64,000 nucleotides of DNA from Mytilus californianus. Lineage: Eukaryota. This document shows positions 1 through 12,103 of the stretch, piece by piece. Below the pieces are notes generated by a model. That model was not told the DNA's origin. It saw only the letters and a list, made by a program, of their open reading frames with translations, and did not search any database. Location: assembly GCF_021869535.1 (NCBI RefSeq), contig NW_026262745.1:59706001-59770000 (forward strand), in the 5' to 3' direction. The position numbers and the translations under genes were made by a program. The number at the start of each line of letters is the position of its first letter. Positions within the stretch are counted from its first letter, which is position 1.

Positions 1-307
1 AGAGAACAAGGGAAAAAGAAAACTATACATTTTTTGGAAAATTTAACGCTAATACGTCAAAATGTAGACAGTCATTCAAAAATGAAAGAGATGATTTGAA
101 TGTTCTATTTTCACTGTTTTTATATGATACATGATCCGTATTTTACATTAAATAACGTATACCATGTATGCGTCACACATTAACGCCAATTATATTTTTT
201 AGATGCCAAGAAAATAGATGTAAATATATTTGTGTTTACTGTAATGTAGTTTTTAGATCATTTCCTTTTTTCTTATAATCAAAGATATTTCTTTTTATTT
301 ATTACAG

Positions 308-2281
308 ACAACCCAACACAACAAATATCAAGAGAACTATTTTGGTATATGTGTCATCATATAGTAGGAACCGAAGACCATGTAAAACAAATCAGGTTGT
401 TGAATGCGGTCAGGGATAATCTGTCAACTGACAAAAACCACATAACTATAACAAGTATAAGTTTCGGGGAAGGACTTCAGATGAGAGGTAGTGATTGAGA
501 TTTGATGTCTGTCCATAGAAATGTGAAGGTTTATGAAGTAAAGTCTTAATCAAAATATATCATATCTGTCAATGGATACAGACGATGTTAAACCTGGATA
601 TACTCAGTTGAGACCAGAATATACTAGAATAAAGAATTTTTTTAAAACAATTGTGTGATAAGCATTATATATCCAGCACATTATGAAAGCTGCGCTTAAA
701 GCCTACAGTAAACTGCAAAATTCATGGACTGTGTATATCCAACAAAGATGAGTTTACTGACTTTGCCGAATGCTTTCACTGTAAAACGTTGGTTACAACT
801 GCTGTACATTAGATAACAAGATCAAATAACTTATGGCCAAGTTATAATGTCAAACAAAGTATTATAAAACACGGAGAACTTTTTTTTGTACCAATCGGAG
901 TAAAGGGATCACAAAAAGAGCATATAGAATGGCGAATATCATTTTCAGCCGGTGAAAAACTATTAATAAATACCTTTACTCACATTCAATTATTAAGCTA
1001 TGCCATATTAAAAATTCTTTGGAAAGTTAGTATAGCTACTTATCCCGAATGTAGAGAATTACTCTGCTCTTATTTCCTAAAAAGAATTGTTTTCTGGATC
1101 TCTGAAGAACTACCACAATCCGCATGGTAACCTGATCAACTTATACCTAGTTTTATGCAATGTTTTAGAAGACTGATTTTTTTGCGTTGAGTATTCAGTT
1201 TGTTTGTATCATTTCATTCCAGAAAACAATATGTTTGAGAATAAAATTGAGGGTCGTGCTCGTAAAATACTTTTAGAAAAAAGAATACCTTGCATAGTTA
1301 CGGTTGGCAATGCCTTTTGTTTTCATTTCAAGTATCTATTTTTTCTTTATCAATGCGATATTTTAATATGGAACAGCACCAATTTTATGTAAGTGAAGTT
1401 AAGAAAACAATGGATTCAATATTATTGCAAATGGCAAACAAATGTTTCCTTGTTGATTACGAAATAATGTATGCTTCTTCGTTTAATAGAGCAATACAAA
1501 AGACAATTTCATGCGACAAATCTTCAATAAGTTACTTATATACATACTACATGTCATTGATGTATACAGTGCGTGCGTAATCTATTCCTCTTAACAGTGC
1601 ATACAGTGATAATAGATAACAATACCGACAATACAAATCCTGTTTTGTTACTCTGCTACAGAATATCTATCTCTATCACGACGCTGTATCTGGATGGCTG
1701 ATGTTGGCTTCCTTTTTCTACAAACAAAACAAAACAATACGCCAAAGCTTTATACATTATCATGTATTCTTTATCAAAATGTACTTTTAAAAAACTGTAC
1801 TCTTTCATGCAAATGTCGGACTATCGTCATCAATTGTTCAAACTGAAATCACTCCAGAAGAAGATTATTGTTCATTTGTGGAAATTTTGTTTTTGTTTAT
1901 GATATAAATTTTAAAAACAAATCTCTATTAATACCAGATGAACTACTTGTAGAAGTGGATGATATCCCGATAAGGATTCCATCTTCAGTTTATGCGTGAT
2001 TCCTTTGCTTTCTGAGTCATTATCATGTAAATGATGCTAGATAATGCAGAGATACCATCCAAGTTCAGCAACTTGTTATAATATGCAATTATTAAAAAGC
2101 AGATTTGGACTCAACAGCTGCAGCCCATAATCTTCTTGGTGTGGCTTTACAGACTGTAGGCAACACTGAATCCACACGACACGCGTACTTACAATCTGCT
2201 GAATTCAATAGAGATCCATCCGACAATCATGCCGTGAAGAGACATTTGTTATTGGATAAATGTAACTCTTCTATAAAGTAA
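308..2281 (+). pseudogene. cGAS-like receptor (cGLR/Mab-21 NTase) pseudogene, copy 1
   Basis: Starts after the acceptor ATTACAG (301-307). Translates as YMCHHIVGTEDHVKQIRLLNAVRDNL...ISFGEGLQMRGSD*DLM, then VPIGVKGSQKEHIEWRISFS and YHFIPENNMFENKIEGRARKILLEK. It is collinear with the 36877 copy over its whole length, with many stops and frameshifts, including TGA at 496-498 inside the SDxD motif. Confidence 0.9.
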
Positions 2282-2929
2282 TTATTCAATGTTACATGCA
2301 CACGTGATCCTGAGCGAGTGCTTACACAATAACATAATATTCAAGTCTTTCATTGTCGTAGATTCCATAATTGCTTCATATCAAATTTAGTTCTAAGAGT
2401 TAACAAATCACAATTTTATAATAACAAAACATGAATTGCGGAAAAAATTAGAACGTTTATAAATCTGTGAACCGTTACAAGATGATGTCGGAAACAGAGT
2501 ATAACCAAACAAGCCATAATATCATTTTCATTCCAATGCAACATCGTTTGTTACGCTCAATTTGATTAGATAACGTCACGAATTGAACATGCTGAATTCA
2601 CAATTGTTGTTATAAATACTTTCGTGGAAGCGCAAACGAAATATGAAATATTTTAAATGTATGATTTTACGTTGGTTTCTGTCAGTTTCATTAGAACAGA
2701 GATAATAATATTGTATTTTAAGCTCCGACGGCATCAATTGGTGGTTATCACCTTAATTTAAATTGTTTATTGTTTTATTTTCCCATTTCACACAGAAGCA
2801 ATTAAGACCAAAAGATGTACTCAACTTATTTCCGACTGTGATTTTAGCTGTGTAATTTGATATGTATATTATTGGATACCACAGCATAAAGTTCAAAAAT
2901 TAAGTTTAAAAAGTTTAGATTAATATGAA

Positions 2930-4015
2930 AAATCAAATATTCCTCTCGGCATTCCCATATGAACCAATTGTGCTCATCTTCCTGTCAAGTTGTTCCATAA
3001 TTTATATGAGGATGATTTCATGCAGTTACTGTTGACGAAGAATGAATAGAAGCTAGCATTATTAATTAACTTTACTTTCTGCTATATAGATGATGTACTT
3101 TTACTAAATAATTCAAAGTTTGGTGACTATGTTCAACACATTCTTCCCTTCGAACTTGAAATGAAGAATAAAACAGATACAGTTGTATCTGTCTCCTATA
3201 TTGACTAACATCTAGAAATTGTCTATTAGGATCAGTTACTAGACAAATCTGTCCCGCATCCCAAATTGTGAACATTTTATTTCTATGTATGAACATTCAA
3301 GCGGCGAATGCATATAAAATTTATCTTCTAAAAAGTAAAATCGCAAAAATACTGAACTCCGAGGAAAATTCGAAACGGAAAGTCCCAAAGCAAATTGCAA
3401 CATCAAAAGCTCAAACACATCAATGGAAAACAACTGTTATATTCCTGACTTGGTACAGGAATTTTCTTTTGTAGAAAATGGTGGATTAAACCTGGTTTTA
3501 AAGCGCTAAACCTCTCACTTGTATGACAGTCGCATCAAATTCCATGGTATTGACAACGATGTGTGAACAAAACAAACAGACACAATATGTAAAAATATCA
3601 CAATTAGGGGTACAACTATAGTTCTAACTGATACGATATTACAGGGCTTGCATTTGCTCATATATAATTTATCAAAACCAAAATTTCCAAATGCTAAAGA
3701 TGAATTCATCTCTTCGAAATATTTACGGACGCCATCACGAGTTGGCTAAACGTTATGAAATTTCTGTTTGAGAGAAGACAACATATAAATTTCAATTGTC
3801 GTTATCTTTCTAGAAAGAGACCTGCCGAATCAGCCTTTTCACCAGGTTTGTACTTATTTGAAGAGCACGATGGGTGCCACATATAGAGCTGGTTCTGAAT
3901 CATTTCAGAGAACCTATGATCAACCTCGTTTTTTATTGGATTTGTGTTGCTTAGTTTTTATTAAGCTTTTAGTTTTATACTGTTATTTACTTTTTGTCGT
4001 TCTTCGAGTTTTTAA
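2930..4015 (+). mobile_element. Degraded Penelope-like retroelement (RT C-terminal part and 3' tail) with a nested insertion
   Basis: GIPM*TNCAHLP...YEDDFMQ, FCYIDDVLLLNNSKFGDYVQHI (3085-3140) and IVNILFLCMNIQAANAY. After the insertion it resumes with SSLRNIYGRHHELAKRYEISV (3710-3770). Homologous to the 57965-59048 copy. Confidence 0.8.
3330..3620 (+). mobile_element. Non-autonomous interspersed repeat (family C; TACTGAACTCCGAGGAAAATTC head) inserted in the Penelope-like copy
   Basis: The same sequence recurs at 31525-31570 (+), 35098-35205 (+) and, in reverse, at 26395-26715. Confidence 0.75.
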
Positions 4016-4024
4016 TCATTTAAT

Positions 4025-4228
4025 TTATTAATCGGTGTTTAACGTCACTTTCAATATCATTGTGCTATTTCAAAGCGGGCAGTTGTTTTTGGTGAAGGAA
4101 GCCAGAGTGCCTGAACAGAACCGCTGACCTTTGGTAGGAAATATTAATAATCACAGTTAATTAGGATCTGGGTCGATCGCGCCTGCCAGTGCGGGATTCG
4201 AACTCACAATCTCAGTCTTGACTGGCTA
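4025..4228 (-). mobile_element. tRNA-derived SINE, 5'-truncated
   Basis: The minus strand reads GTGAGTTCGAATCCCGC (B-box/T-arm). Its body resembles the SINE-like segment in each macrosatellite unit. Homology stops abruptly at 4228. Confidence 0.65.
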
Positions 4229-4429
4229 CACTTGTTGACGAGAATTATTGACCTTTTTCAAGTCCATTGAATTTATAATCCTTGACTTCAGGTAAACTTT
4301 CGGTTTTTAGGAAGTAGATATAACTGTGCCATCTGATTGGTCAATTTTTTGCTGGTTCCCTGTTTTTTGTTTACTAGTAACCAGATCAAAAACTAAAGTA
4401 AAAGTTGAAATAAACGCAAAAACGTAAAC

Positions 4430-7215
4430 ATGAGTTTAACAAACAAATTTACAATGTTAAGCCCTAAATAAGGCACTAGAAGGACATTTTCTGTTAATAT
4501 TAGGTCAGAGTGGTACTGGTAAAACCTTCATATCAAAAGACGCAGCCCACAAATTGATGAAAATAGGCAAATCTATTTAAAGGAACAGCTTCGACAGGAA
4601 TTGCATCATTACATATTGAAGGTAAAACAATCCATTCCTGGTCTTGAATAGGCGACAGACGATACTCAAAACAAGTTCTTCAAGAAAAAATAGAAAAAAA
4701 TGAGCACATTGCACAATATAAGCAAAGTATACCTAAAACTGATGTATTGTTTATTGATGAGATGTCAATGTTGTCCAAAAAATTGTTTGAACAGTTAGAG
4801 TTCATTTGCAGAAAAACAAGAAATTCCAACTTAATGTTTGGGTGTATTCAAGTTATATCTGTTGGGGATTTCTTCCAACTCCCTTCAGTACATGACGACC
4901 TAAAACTAGATGCCGGAGAGTATTGTTTTAAGTCTGAAATATTTGTTCAATTTTTTCAACACAAATTTGTACTTCAACAAGTTATGCGTCAAAATCAGGC
5001 AGACTTTACCCGGCTACGTCCACTTGTATTTGTAGTATATGTATTGTTATCCATCTGATGAGTTAAGCCTCTTTCAACTGATTTTTATAGTTCGATCTTA
5101 TGTTGTACTGTTACACCACTGTCCCAGGTTAGGGGAGGGTTGGAATCCCACTAACATGTTTAACCCCGCTACCTTCTGTGTGTATGTGCCTGTCCCAAGT
5201 CAGGAGCCTGTATTTCAGTGGTTGTCGTTTGTTTATGTGTTACATTATTTTTATTCGTTCATTTTTTGTACATAAATTAGGCCGTTAGTTTTCTCGTTTA
5301 AATTGTTTTACATTGTCATTTCGGGGCCTTTTATAGCTGACTGTGCGGTATGGGCTTTGCTCATTATTGAAGGCCGTACGGTGACCTATAGTTGTTAATT
5401 TCTGTGTCATTTGGTCTCTTGTGGAGAGTTGTCTCATTGGCAATCATACCACATCTTCTTTTTTATATTTATTAATGCTATTAATGATGTTTCAAGGGTT
5501 GATCTACCAGAAGAAACTAATAATTTTATGAGACTGTCTCGTAGATTACTACATGGTGAAGATCCTATAAGATTATGCTCAAGAAAGTTTAATTGTGACA
5601 TTCACAGTTCATTTAAACTGATAGATATGGAAGGTCAGGTATCAGTATTCACATCAATTGTTGAGGGAGAAAATTAAGATATGAAATCATTTAAATGTCA
5701 AAGAAGGTTGCCCTGTTATGATGCTTAAGAGGGGAAGTGTTACTGCCGTCTCTACTAAAAGCATTACTGTACATTTTAACAATAATAAAGTAGTTGACCT
5801 GAAAAGAGAAACATTTGTATATAGTTCTTTAAATAGTAAAAATTGTGGCATCCCGACTGCAATTTCCATTATGTCTTGCATTTGCAATAACAATTCATCA
5901 GTCACAAGGTCTCACTCTAGATCGTGTTGAAGTGGATTAAAGTTATATTTTTGCTGCAGGGCAATTATGAGAAGCAGTCCGAAGGGCATAAAGAAAAGAA
6001 GGACTGCGTATTTTAGGTTTCAATTCGAAATCAGTCATGCCTCACGATGAAAGCTTATATAAAATTTATTCAGAAAATTCAAATAAAGTTTATGAAAAAC
6101 AATTGTCCTGCTGCAAAAAGAATTTTTGAAGTACCATTCAATGATAATGCTATTAATGTTACAGAACAGGAATGTTTTTTCAATGATTTATCAGATTTTT
6201 GTGTTTAAGAAATTGAAGAGATTGATTTCTTGTTGTCACTTTATTTGGAAATGTGTGATCCGTCTGAGACATTTCCTGTACATGAAGAAACTAAAAATGA
6301 CATAAACTTAGAAAACAATTCTGAATTATTCTCAGGACAGAGAATTTCTCCTCTCGACCAAAGAAGTTCCTCTTCTTATTTTTTGCTTTCAAAAGATAAT
6401 GTTCAACAGTTTGCTAATAAGTAATATTCCGAAATTGAAGGTTTATTTAAAACAGCTTGTGGTGATGTGTCAAATAAAAACACTGACTCAAAGACATGGA
6501 CAAACATTTACTCAGAACTGTATTCATATGCCACCTGTAACGATTATATTCTTCTTGTAAAATCTTTATTCAAATCTGAACCAACTAAAACGGATTTTGA
6601 AATATGTTTAAAACTATTTGACTATATTAAATCTGAAGTTTTGAAGATTTGAAATAACCAATGGACCTCCTAGTGAAAAAACATGACACAAAAAGTGAGT
6701 CAAAGATAAGTATCTCTGATGGGGGGAAAGGCAAAATTAGATATATTGCTGAACGATGTGTAGCAAAATGTCGTTTTCAACATTTTTTTTTAGAAAAAAA
6801 ATAATTTGTACAAGGAGGATAAAATCAAAAGTGTTGTTAAGTCCTTTTTGAAGATAAAAATGATGAATTATCTGACTAAAAGTAGTTCTGATTTGGAAAA
6901 TAATTATAAATACAAAAGTACACTTTATGAGACAAAAAGGAAAACAGAACCTTTCTCAGTAAGTAAGAAGGAAGCGAAAAACTACCTTTTTGATCGAGAA
7001 GAAGAAATCTAAGAATTTGGTCACACAGGAGGACTCATTGACTAAATGTTCAATATGTAATATTATTCAACAAGATGGAGAGGAGTGGAAAGCATATAAT
7101 TTGTGTGATGCCTTTCTGTTATCTTGGGTTGAAAAAAGTTCCATTTTTCTATATCAACAGAGTTATCTCCCATTTTGCTGTTAAAAATTCCTTGCAGAAA
7201 GGGTTTTACCTTTAA
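4430..7215 (+). pseudogene. PIF1-family (SF1B) helicase with a C-terminal extension and degenerate PHD-like finger; disrupted
   Basis: ATG at 4430. Motifs GQSGTGKT (4503-4526), [48 protein letters not shown] (about 5875-5922) and AGQL. Later GKGKIRYIA and CSIC...EEW...LCDA. Several stops and frameshifts plus an insertion at 5009-5467. Confidence 0.9.
5009..5467 (+). mobile_element. Non-autonomous repeat (family A; 3' end CCACATCTTCTTTTTTATA) inserted in the helicase ORF
   Basis: Flanked by TTTA at 5005-5008 and 5468-5471; removing it restores QADF-INAIND. Other copies at 7750-7880, 23960-24110, 24610-24800, 33640-33735, 46912-47016 and 47252-47600. Confidence 0.9.
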
Positions 7216-7749
7216 TGTATAATAGTATGTATTTTCATAAAAGGTTATGTCTCAAATGGTGTAATTCTAAAGAAAATTATCTATAAATTTGTAATTTTCA
7301 GTATATTATATGAACTATGCAAAAAATAAATGTATCGGGGTTGGGTGTGGTTGAACCACCATTCATGTATTACAGAAAGGAAATTCCAATACAAGTCGAT
7401 ATACCAGGTTTTTTTTAGATTTGGAATTATTTTTAATTATGAAATTTTATTTGATTACCAGTGCAATTTATTTTTATAATAATGTTAAATTCAATGTAAG
7501 TGCTTCACATAACACTTTTCAGACTTCAGAGATAGCACATTTTCACTACAAGGATCTGTGAGGTACACAACACTTTCCATACAAAAGCATTGTATGAAAT
7601 ATGTCGTGCTCTGCACAGGCCATTATTATGTAGAAGAAATAGACTTAAATCCTCGAATTTATCAAAAATTTCAAGAACAGATAATTATACAACATTCCAA
7701 AGTTTAAATTCATTCCAAGTTTAAATAGTAGCCTGCTATATATATAAAT

Positions 7750-7880
7750 GACTATGGAGTATGGGCTTTGCTCTTGATGAAGGCCTTATTATGGCCTATA
7801 GTTGTTAATTTCTATGCCATTTGGTCTCTTGTGGAGATTTGCCTCATAGGCAATCAAACCACATCTTCTTTTTTAAATAT
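7750..7880 (+). mobile_element. Family A repeat, 3' fragment
   Basis: GTATGGGCTTTGCTC...GTTGTTAATTTCTATGCCATTTGGTCTCTTGTGGAGA...CCACATCTTCTTTTTT matches 5345-5467. Confidence 0.8.
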
Positions 7881-8149
7881 ATGTATATCCCGTTGGGGGA
7901 TAAAAATTTGTTAGCATAAAAATCTAATTCTAATACTGTTGGGTGTAATTTTCAGACTTATATATATATTTATATATATATATTAATATGCTAACACAAA
8001 TTTGAAGAACTTACAATGCTGAGATAAATTTCAGACGAATAATATATTTATCTAAAAAACGCATAAATGACTGGTTTTGTCAACATCCTTTGGTTTCAAT
8101 AATTGTTTTTTTTTTTACATACATTTCTATTGATTTAAATGTTAATACT

Positions 8150-9865
8150 ATATCAGGTAGTGCATTTGTCTTGGAAGGAGGTCCAAGAACAAATGATTCT
8201 GCTTTAACCCCACCAGTATTCGACTTTATAGATGTTGTTGCCTGTCCTAAAATAATGCTGTTGATGTAAGTCCTATATTAATAATAATTAGGGTTTTTGT
8301 TTGCTCCATGGTTTACGGAACGCTCTTGACAAAATATGTTTTCAACAATATTATTGTTTATTCTTGCTGGAGTTAATTATTTTTTTAATTCAGTAATCAT
8401 TATATGTATAAGAGACATGAAGCCAAGATACAGGAAGTCTAGGTCCACTATAGTTTCCATTGTCATTAAGGTTTTATACCTCTTATGTTTGTCGTCTGAA
8501 CTACTCTACAATTGACTTTTCCCATGCTTTAAACCAATTACATTGTATAAGCTTTAGAAAATAATTCCAACCTTTAATCATTTATGCCTTTTACAGGTCT
8601 AAAATCCTTGAAGAAAGAAACAAGAAAACCTGTATGTTTTAAGAACTGAAGGACACCTTTCATTCCTTCCTGACATGCAACATTCAGACTATTTGTGTAT
8701 TGCTGCTTAAGATTTAACATTTCAGAATCTTAGACGTCAAATGCTATTTTTTTGCGCATTATTAGTGCATTGCTTGGGTAAATGTGCTCCTCTAACAATA
8801 TATGTATGTGAAAACTGTAGTGCGGTCCCAGTTGTAGGCATCAATCCACATTTTCCAAATTATTACAGAATCATTTATGGTAAGTAAACCTTGATGTTAT
8901 TCTAAAAAGCCACTGCTTAAAATGCTGTTCCTTATTTTCTTAAAAAGATGTCAGGGGTCCATAAAAAGAACTATTTTTTTACCTGGATATTTAAAACATT
9001 AGGAATAATATTGGTACATACTATACATTGTATAACTATTAGGAAAATGCATTTTCAGAAATGCACGATTGTTTGCTGACCCATCCATACAACAGTAAAT
9101 TGGCCTAAAGCCCCATCTATACAATTCATCTATGCATAACCAAGTTGTAACAATCATTTCTGAAGGAGAAGCCTTGGTGTTTGGGAAATTAGCAAAGGGC
9201 CACCTAAAATCTGTTAAGTCATTAAAAACATATTGTTGCACATGGTTTGCAATATGGGATTGTAATTTTCCCTCATTTAAATCCTGCACCATTTTCACAT
9301 AATTTAACACTATCTGACAATCCGCCATAATACCCTTTATCTAATTTAATTTGCCTTTTACCCTCGTTTGACATCTATAGCATCATTTTAGGAATGATAT
9401 CAGGTCCCTGACGGACAGCATTTTTGTATATTTTGGGCATTTGTTCGGATGGCAAATGAAGCCTTTTATTAAGAGTCATATCTCGGTACGCAGCAGGATT
9501 TCTGTTGAATAACACCAATGCCATACATATAACGTATTTATCCCATCTAACACTCGTTTTACTCTTTCCATTAGACAAAACTATTTGAGATAAGATTAAT
9601 GTCAATTGATTGTCAGGTTAATTTGGAGCAATGCTCTTGATTAACTGTATTATTTCTTCTTTGGAAAGCTTAGAATTATTACAAATGTTTTCTAAATATT
9701 TTTTGGATTTTGATGGGTTTTTTTTCGTTCCTGTAAAAGGTGTAAAAATAAACAAACACATGAATTGCTTTTGATACTGTCCACTCATTTACGCTCTTTA
9801 AATCACCTAAAGTTGTATAAATATCTCTTGTCTGTCTATTGTCCATGCCAATCAGGGACAATCAA
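8150..9865 (-). pseudogene. P-element/THAP9-type DDE transposase, disrupted and 5'-truncated
   Basis: The minus strand gives VRWDKYVICMALVLFNRNPAAY...LHLPS, then IANHVQQYVFNDLTDFRWPFANFP, GFRPIYCCMDGSANNRAF, MDP*HLFKKIRN (DxxH, about 8925-8963), IIWKMWIDAYNWDR, and TPARINNNIVENIFCQERS..HGANKNPNYY (third catalytic E, about 8325-8350). The first catalytic-D segment appears deleted. Confidence 0.85.
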
Positions 9866-10760
9866 TACAATACAAAAATTCTAAATAATTTTGCCTTTAA
9901 ATTCTTCTTTTCTTCTAAGTATTACAATGTTACAAAGATTAAGATTTCTGTCCAGCGGCACATATTAGTCATATCTGGATTCATCATTATACAAAGCTGG
10001 AAAATTCCTATTTTCAAATTCAATTTCAAATAAATATAGTCTTGTTTAACAAAAATAAGATTTGTTTGTGAAACGTCTAAAATATGCAATGACTGATTAT
10101 TCATTGTTAGTCTTTAACTCCACTTTATCAATTTTCGCTATTGAATGGCGGCCACCCTTTTTATGGTGAAGAAAGCTGGAGCACCCGGAGGAAACCTTTT
10201 GACCTTCGGCTTGGAAACTGTCAAACATAGTTTTGGAGTCGAACCAAGCTACCACGTTCAGGGTTCAAACTCTGAAATAAGCAATGCAACAATAATTTGT
10301 ATGAATGACAGAAGCTTTTTTCTCACTTTATCCAGTTTTCGTTTGATAGATAGTTTTTTTTGTTATTCAAATTGATAATAGCAATAGGTTTTAAAAAGAA
10401 TTGAAGAAAAAAAACCAAACAGTAGCTGAAGACATAGTTCTTTAAAAGATATGTTTGTCGTTGAGATGCTGTCTCGTTGAGGGAAAATCGTGTATATCTG
10501 GCTTCCAGTCAAACCAAGAACATATCATTGTTTATTTATGTTCCTTGGTTGCTGTCTAATTGGCGTTTTCTTCATATTGTCACATTGATTCACAATACAT
10601 AAGTATATATTTTTAAACATGAAGTTAAGATGTTATGTCATGCATAATTAAGTGCAGAAAAAAAGGCAAAAGAGAGACTCAAAGAACTAAATAGAAAAAG
10701 ACGAAATGATCTGATTTCCAAAAGTGACCTGTTTGGTCGCTCGTAATCGGTTGTCTATAA

Positions 10761-12103
10761 GGGGAAGACCATTTGATATTCTGGGGGGGGGGGGGGGGGG
10801 GGCCGGTGGGGGTGGGGGCAGGAGGATTTGTTATTTGTTTTGGATCGGTTATTTATTTTTGTAAACTAAGAGGACAGATTATCTATTTTCTGCACTATTG
10901 AAGCAAGATTTTTCATTTTCATTAAAGCAAGGGACTGATTATTTATTTTCACAACTATATTTATAATATTCGAAAACATACAATTTTTTAATTATTTGTT
11001 TATTATAAATAATTCATGTATAGTCAAGTCATTATGTACCATTTAATCAGAATTAATTATTATCCTCTGCAGAAATGAATCTTCTATATTCCCCAATGCA
11101 TATACATGTATTGCATACATACACAGTATTAAAGTTTGGTTGTAACTAAGGCTCTTTTAAAGTATTGGCAAACATGTTTCGCCGAGCGGAGCGAGGCAAA
11201 ATTTTTTTTGAAGGGTTTTTGAACCGCTGAAGGCCCAAGAAGCTATAGAACAAATGATGCAAAATCATGCCTTTTGGGTGTTCCCCAGACCCTTTCTTAA
11301 ACTGAAAATGCAAGTTCTGTTTTAATAATTTTATGACAATATTTTGGTCTCAAAGCAAAATCACGTTATAGATTCAGTGTACGACTTAAGTTTCTAGGGA
11401 CAACATCAAAAGACAAATATGCATGATAAAGCAAAAATGTAATTCACATAGTTAAGTCTGTGGCTGCTGTGTTTTTTTAAACTCTGACATGATCAAGTTA
11501 ATAATAAAATTACTAAATTACAAAATGAATGCAACACTAACAGAATACAGAAGGGCAATCAATGAACAAAAGAGAAATAAATAAGAAACATTGATCCCGA
11601 AAAATCAGGGGCTACGTCTAAGGGAGAACAGAACTTGCTTCTTGCAAGACACTCACGGTGAACACAATTTGATATGGAGACAAGCGTTTGGTTTTGAAAT
11701 TTCCTACATGAGGCATTTGTCTCAATGTAGTTACGGCCCTGATTTAATAAAAGTGAGGTAAGTGTTCCTGAGACAAATAACCTCAAGTTAAATGAAACCA
11801 ATTTTCTGACATTTCAAGTATATTTAAATATTTATACTTTTATTATTAAAAGATATGGGAAGTGTTTCCCGATTTTTTTTTTGGAAAAAAGATGAATTTA
11901 TGAAGAATCTTGTGCCATCTCATACTTTCGATTAGACCTGCTGAGTTATTTATTTTCAAAACATTGCAAGTCAGGTAATTTATTTTCAAACTACCACAGA
12001 ACAAACCATTTATTTTTGTGATTATCAAGGCTGAGTTATTTATTTTCAAAATCCTCAGCCCCCCCTCCCCCCCAACCCCCCAGAATATCAAATGGTCGTC
12101 CCC
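10761..12103. mobile_element. Non-autonomous TIR element (PIF/Harbinger-type TAA TSD)
   Basis: TIRs GGGGAAGACCATTTGATATTCTGGGGGG and CCCCCCAGAATATCAAATGGTCGTCCCC. TAA at 10758-10760 and 12104-12106. The empty site GTCTATAAATATAG is present in an uninterrupted array unit (about 13823). Confidence 0.9.

Larger units (their letters stand above)
4229..9875. mobile_element. Decayed DNA transposon carrying convergent PIF1-PHD and P-type transposase genes
   Basis: Two convergent decayed ORFs with less than 1 kb between their 3' ends. The putative left terminus CACTTGTTGACG at 4229 abuts the truncated SINE. The right end is not found; it is replaced by the tandem array. Confidence 0.6.

Noticed and set aside
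5055-5062. Hammerhead ribozyme at CTGATGAG in family A
   Set aside because: No stem II followed by GAAA and no matching stem I.
4430-7215. Helitron RepHel gene
   Set aside because: The helicase starts at its own ATG with Walker A about 25 codons in. No HUH/Rep motifs lie upstream, and no TC...CTAG ends were found around it.
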